Shown piece by piece: positions 60,395 through 64,000 of a DNA stretch of 64,000 nucleotides. The DNA is from Takakia lepidozioides (Eukaryota; Plantae; Bryophyta): NCBI GenBank assembly GCA_030704615.1, contig CM060733.1, positions 44,392,001 through 44,456,000 of the forward strand. Direction: 5' to 3'. Positions within the stretch are counted from its first letter, which is position 1; each line of letters starts with the position of its first letter. The translations under genes were made by a program, and so were the position numbers. Below the pieces are notes generated by a model. It did not search any database. It was not told where the DNA came from and worked only from the letters and a program-made list of their open reading frames with translations.

Positions 60395-63300
60395 ATGGAT
60401 CAGGGGTTGCTACATGGTGGGGAGTCAGGCCCCACCCCAGAGTCCAGTGACGCTGCTGGAGATCAAACTGCGTGGGTCAATGCGTCCGGTTTCGTCTCGG
60501 CTGTATGCTCTGGTTGTATCTCTCACCCTTTCCTTTGAGCTTTTGGTCCATCGTATCATGATATGCCTGTCTCGTTTGTGTAGTTGATGCACGGAAGTGT
60601 TCAAAGAGAGGCTTTACAGAGAATCTGCAAGGCGAATGTTGACACTAGTATGGGAAGGAGAGCGCATGATTGGGGCTCTGTGGGGTGCTGTTTGGTTCTC
60701 TCTTAGAGGGCTTATTCTATGTGTCGACTTCCTAATCTGTGAGTCATATGCAATCTCCGTAGCTTTGGTGGATTTCTATCAAGCCTTTCGGCCTCTGGAG
60801 CAAGTGGCGTGACCTGTGACATGTTTCTGCAACCCAGTACTGCGGCCACGGTGCCCTAACCGCACCTGCTGGAAACTGGCTCTCCCTTAAGTTCAACTGT
60901 AAAGCCTTGCAGAAAATACCTTATTAGACCATCAATACTGATTTTTCCTCTCCCAGATGTGTTTTGTCTAGTGAGGTGCGAATACTAACGGTGCGTTAAC
61001 AACTGCAGAATTGGGAGTTGGGGAGCTCATCCATGGAGGGGACTTCAGCCTATTTGAGGCTATGTCTGCCTTGGAAGTATTGTCTTTCTACACCACCTCT
61101 TCTGGCTGCTCTTAGTTTTGCAGGGTGAATCTTGTAGTGTTGATGCTTGGACTCCCACAAGAAAATGAAAAATTCAGGGACCAGTTGAAAAGGGTAGTTC
61201 TGTCAAGGTAGTGCTTCCAGTTATCCCAAAGGTGTGTAGTGTAGGTGGTTATAGACAAGGCTTTCTATGAGTACATCTGAGAGCTTTGCAGGAAGTGACG
61301 CTCTGATCAGTATAATCTAGTCCTCCCACAGCCTTTAACTTTGTGGAAACTGGGCTGTTCTGCTGGGCTGATGGTGGATGCCACTTTGTTGACTATCTTC
61401 ACTTTCTTATCAAGCTGTAGGCATTGATTGCCTTTCTTAGGTCTTTCTTTCTTATCAAACTTTTGTAGTGGCTGTGATTTAGCTCCCCTCTGTTCCACAT
61501 TCACAACGGCTGTAGGGAGTTGATGACTCCTACATAACTAGGTCAGGTGTATGCCTAAAGGTAGGAGACTTGATATTTGAGACGTAATATTCCTCAGTAG
61601 TGTTGACGCAGTATACCATTGATGAGGTTGAAAGTCCGTTGTTTGTGGGATTTTCCGTGTCCTCTTCTAAACCAGAATGGCCATAATAGTTACGTAGGGA
61701 TCATCTCTCTTTTTTGCTTTAAATTGTAGATATGATATGGTAATAAAGTTTAGCCGGGATGGTTAGATTATGGATCCCAAGATGGACGCGGGCATGGCAA
61801 CGACAGGATTCAAGACAGTTGATGAAGCGATAGAAAGTGGTGCAGCTCCCATAACTTTGAAGATTCACCAGCTCCTGGATGTTATGGACTACTTACTTGC
61901 ATGCGAGGTACTTCTAGATAAATTTCTTTTAGTCATTTAATTTGCATTTGAACTATTTAGGGAACCTTAACTGAGGTTCGGTGATGCCTACACCTGATTC
62001 TTCCAACCCTGTTTATCTTGGAGGATCCATAAGAAAGGAGGTGCAATTCTGATCTATAATGATGCTCCGTCAGTACTTGCGAAGCAGGTAGATCCATCCT
62101 CGGGAGGTGTGTCACTGATCTTCCTGTCTCAGTCTGGAGGGTTAGAGAACCGTCTCTGAAAGAAGAGAGACAAAATGTAGTCGTGAGATGTTGTTTGCCA
62201 TAGCCTTGTGGCCCTAGACCCCGCGCCCAGTTTGGGCGAAACAAGAGGGAACAGACACTACCTTTGTGAGGGGCTCACTCCCATAGTGGGACTTTCCTTG
62301 AGAGAGAGAGAGAGATCTGAAAGAGACAGGGTTTGGCAGGCAACGTGGCACAAGGGACATGCTTTGGCACAAACAGTGTTTTCGTGCCTCTATTTGTTGA
62401 AGCTAGAGCGCACTGCTCCCAATGCCTTGCTTTATGCCTTCTGTAAATGTACACGGGCCACTTGTGGGTTGGTCCGTATGGCTGTGGCCCTGGCTGACAT
62501 CCATGAGGTATGTCCTTTACTCATCTTCAACAAGGTCTCCTTTTGACAGGTCTGTCTTATATGCTGCTTTGAAGGTTGAATCTTAGATTTTCTAGATCAC
62601 CTGTTATTTTTGCCATCAAAGACTGAAGCATAAACATATGCTGCAATGCACGTCACTCACTCACTTTCTCCACCAAGTTTCGGGAAATCACCAGCCATTC
62701 ACTTTGTCTTGATTAGAGTCCCTGCAGTTTTGGTTGGGGTTAGAGGATGACTGTCAATGTTGATTGGGGGCTATAACAAGCTAGAGCTCGGATGCTTATG
62801 TGACAAGGCAGGAAGAGGACTTCGTCACAATTGCATATGGGTTGCCAGTGGAGGGGGAAGGTGATGCCAAATGCTTGTCTTCTTTGAATGCCGTTGAGGA
62901 AGCTGTGGCCCGGCAGCTGCGGGGATGTAAGACCAGCACTTCAGTCAAGAAAAAAGGAGTGGAAGGTAAGTAAATTTCCTCTCACTCCCCGTGGCTCAAC
63001 TAGGCAGCTTTGTGGGTGGGACAGAAATATGTTCGTTACAGCCAATGATCAACGTGCACCTCCCTTTGTGCCTTTGGGGATTTGGCAGGTAGCTCAGGTA
63101 AGTTTCTAGTAAGCAGGTGGTGTTGGATCTGTACTATCTACCTCATGATTTCGATTATATAAATAATCATTTCACTCCAACTGAGTTGGCACATTTGTAG
63201 AAAACTAAGCCTAGAAGAAAACGGCCATGCAGATTTGGAATCCCTACAAGATGATCCTGCCTTAGAAGAGGGTTTTTGCCAAGCTACTTTGTGTCGTTTG

Positions 63301-64000
63301 CGGTTTCGGAAGGTACTTCCTTTCCTCACCTCTGTCTACTTCGTTCATCGCATAGCAGTTGCGGTTTTAGCTTGCATCTGTTGAATAAATCACCACGTCT
63401 GTCCCTGTATCAGTCTCCAGCTTCATCTTTTTTCTGTAAAAGTGTCTTTTTCTTTCAATTCTCAGCCAAGTGATTGGCTCTCTCCTACTGTCTTTAGCCA
63501 CAAAATTGTTTGTATCATAGCAAGTCCCACTACTGGAGTGAGCCCCTCGCAAAGTTAGTGTCTGTTCCCTGTTGTTTGGCCCAAACTGAGCGTGAGTATA
63601 TGGCCACAAAGCTGTGGCAAACAATGTGCGATGCTATATCCACAAGGCATTGTGAATATGTCTCTCTGGTGTCTTCTGGTTTCTGGTGCTCTTTTTTAGC
63701 AGGGACCTTTAGTTATGAGAACGCAAAGTGCCTCATAACTCACCTGCTTCTGTCTAGTGGAATGTTTGGAGTCTGACTTGTTCTTTTTCCTATGTTGTTC
63801 TACTGTGTTGTATTACTGTAACCCCGGGGCTTACTGTGGCTCTGATTGATATATATATATATATATTTTTCTTCATAGCAGGTCCCAAGCTTCTGTTACT
63901 TGCTCCCATTCTGCTCTTCTCTTGTCCGTACTTTCTTCTCTATGCTCCCTGGAGTTGCAACAGAGCCATGGCAAGCCAAGCACAGTTCATGCAGCTTTTG
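60395..64000 (+). CDS. NAA35: N-alpha-acetyltransferase 35 (NatC auxiliary subunit MAK10), 5' part
   Basis: Exons encode MDQG..GDQTAWVNAS, GELIHGGDFSLFEAMSALE, IMDPKMDAGM, ATWHKGHALAQTVFSCLY, EEDFVTIAYGLP and CRLRFRK; the gene continues beyond the window. Confidence 0.92.

Overview
Eukaryotic, intron-rich, TE-rich DNA from a land plant, most likely a non-seed plant (bryophyte/lycophyte-like TE complement; the species cannot be determined from the sequence). Host genes: two intronless stand-alone PGG-domain paralogs, a very large lipin/PAH phosphatidate phosphatase (minus strand), GLE1, a LysM-domain membrane protein and the 5' part of NAA35/MAK10. Mobile DNA: a decayed Ty3/Gypsy fragment with a DNMT3-like C5 cytosine methyltransferase between protease and RT (1-3176); two related Gypsy copies ending in a PHD finger (5488-6975 and 35123-42117); a young but defective Ty1/Copia (10482-15176); a 361-bp TRIM whose LTRs contain a tRNA-like gene (15235-15595); an L1-like LINE 3' fragment; a Replitron-like HUH transposase pseudogene split by the Gypsy insertion; and three Helitron-like elements in tandem. 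The most unusual object is the 35123-42117 Gypsy. It has a DDE integrase and a 4-bp TSD, yet its ends are split direct repeats (X-internal-Y-X-Y). This is the layout expected if a 2-LTR circle were opened at a palindrome inside the LTR (GACAGCTGTC). The element also has an apparently self-priming PBS and a set of hairpins that covary between two diverged copies. Gene and family names come from motif recognition and recall, not from database searches.
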